A stretch of DNA of 63,085 nt, filler included, from Octopus bimaculoides (taxonomy: Eukaryota), in assembly GCF_001194135.2 (NCBI RefSeq). It is 5 parts of 4 records of this genome, joined end to end, with 100 filler letters (N's around TTAATTAATTAA, not from the genome) between each part and the next. Parts side by side here need not be neighbours in the genome. Positions count along the whole stretch, not along the records: positions 61,716 to 63,085 come from NC_068986.1; 4 more parts are not named here. One strand, given 5' to 3'. The notes beneath the pieces are model-generated. The model saw only the letters and a program-made list of their open reading frames with translations. It did no database searches and was not told the DNA's origin. Shown one piece after another: positions 62,536 through 63,085 of the stretch. Position 1 is the first letter of the stretch. The number at the start of each line of letters is the position of its first letter. Made by a program: the position numbers and the translations under genes.

Positions 62536-63085
62536 TCACTACAATATAGTACTCAGGGCGTAAAACACTAATGCAAAAAGTGTAAAAAAAATTGCTATAA
62601 TTTTCCATTCTGATATTATAATGCATATTTAGCGCGTGCAAGTCTATAATAGGCTGTAGTATGTAAATATTTCGCCAAAATGGAGAAATAACAAAGATTT
62701 TTTAACGAGAACTTTTTTGCAGATATGAGTGCACCCATTGGAATTATCTGCTGCAGGCCACCAATTTCCCCCCATAAATATCAACTCAGTCACACAACCA
62801 CCTGTAATTCATAAATAACTACGTCGCTGAAAGCTAACAGACATGTAAAAAAAAAAAAAAAAAACCTCTTAGAATATATTATTTGTAGCAATAGGTTTCC
62901 AGAATGTGCACTCTTTTAATACGGTATCGGCATTTAATCGTACGTCAGTAGAGGTTTCTGAAGAGTAGAGGCCTAGCAATGCTTATTATCATACATTAAG
63001 ATAGTACTCCCGTACGTCATATATTGGCTATCTATATATGCCTCACCGTTGAAATAACGATATGAGTAATATATATATATATATA

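Overview
Eukaryotic, AT-rich, microsatellite-saturated genomic DNA with many assembly gaps. The repeat landscape (tRNA-headed SINEs, RTE and RLE LINEs, (TA)n/(TACA)n arrays) looks like an octopod cephalopod; this is recognition, not a database result. The prokaryotic-style ORF track is mostly noise from microsatellites and N-runs. Manual splicing recovers one + strand gene of about 10 exons over about 36 kb (about 10640-46429, about 742-745 aa, all junction phases consistent). It encodes a secreted mosaic protein: signal peptide, an apparently degenerate lysozyme/lytic-transglycosylase-like domain, VWA with intact MIDAS, a sequon-rich beta domain, and three 4-Cys chitin-binding type-2-like repeats. 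It has a probable GC-AG intron and an unresolved start codon. The rest is transposon debris: Chapaev3-like, Tc1, mariner MITEs, hAT, RTE, CR1, R4/Dong-like RLE LINEs and several SINE families. Penelope-type hammerhead ribozyme motifs also occur, including an intact one in the loop of a foldback element. No CRISPR array, rRNA or bona fide tRNA gene was found.
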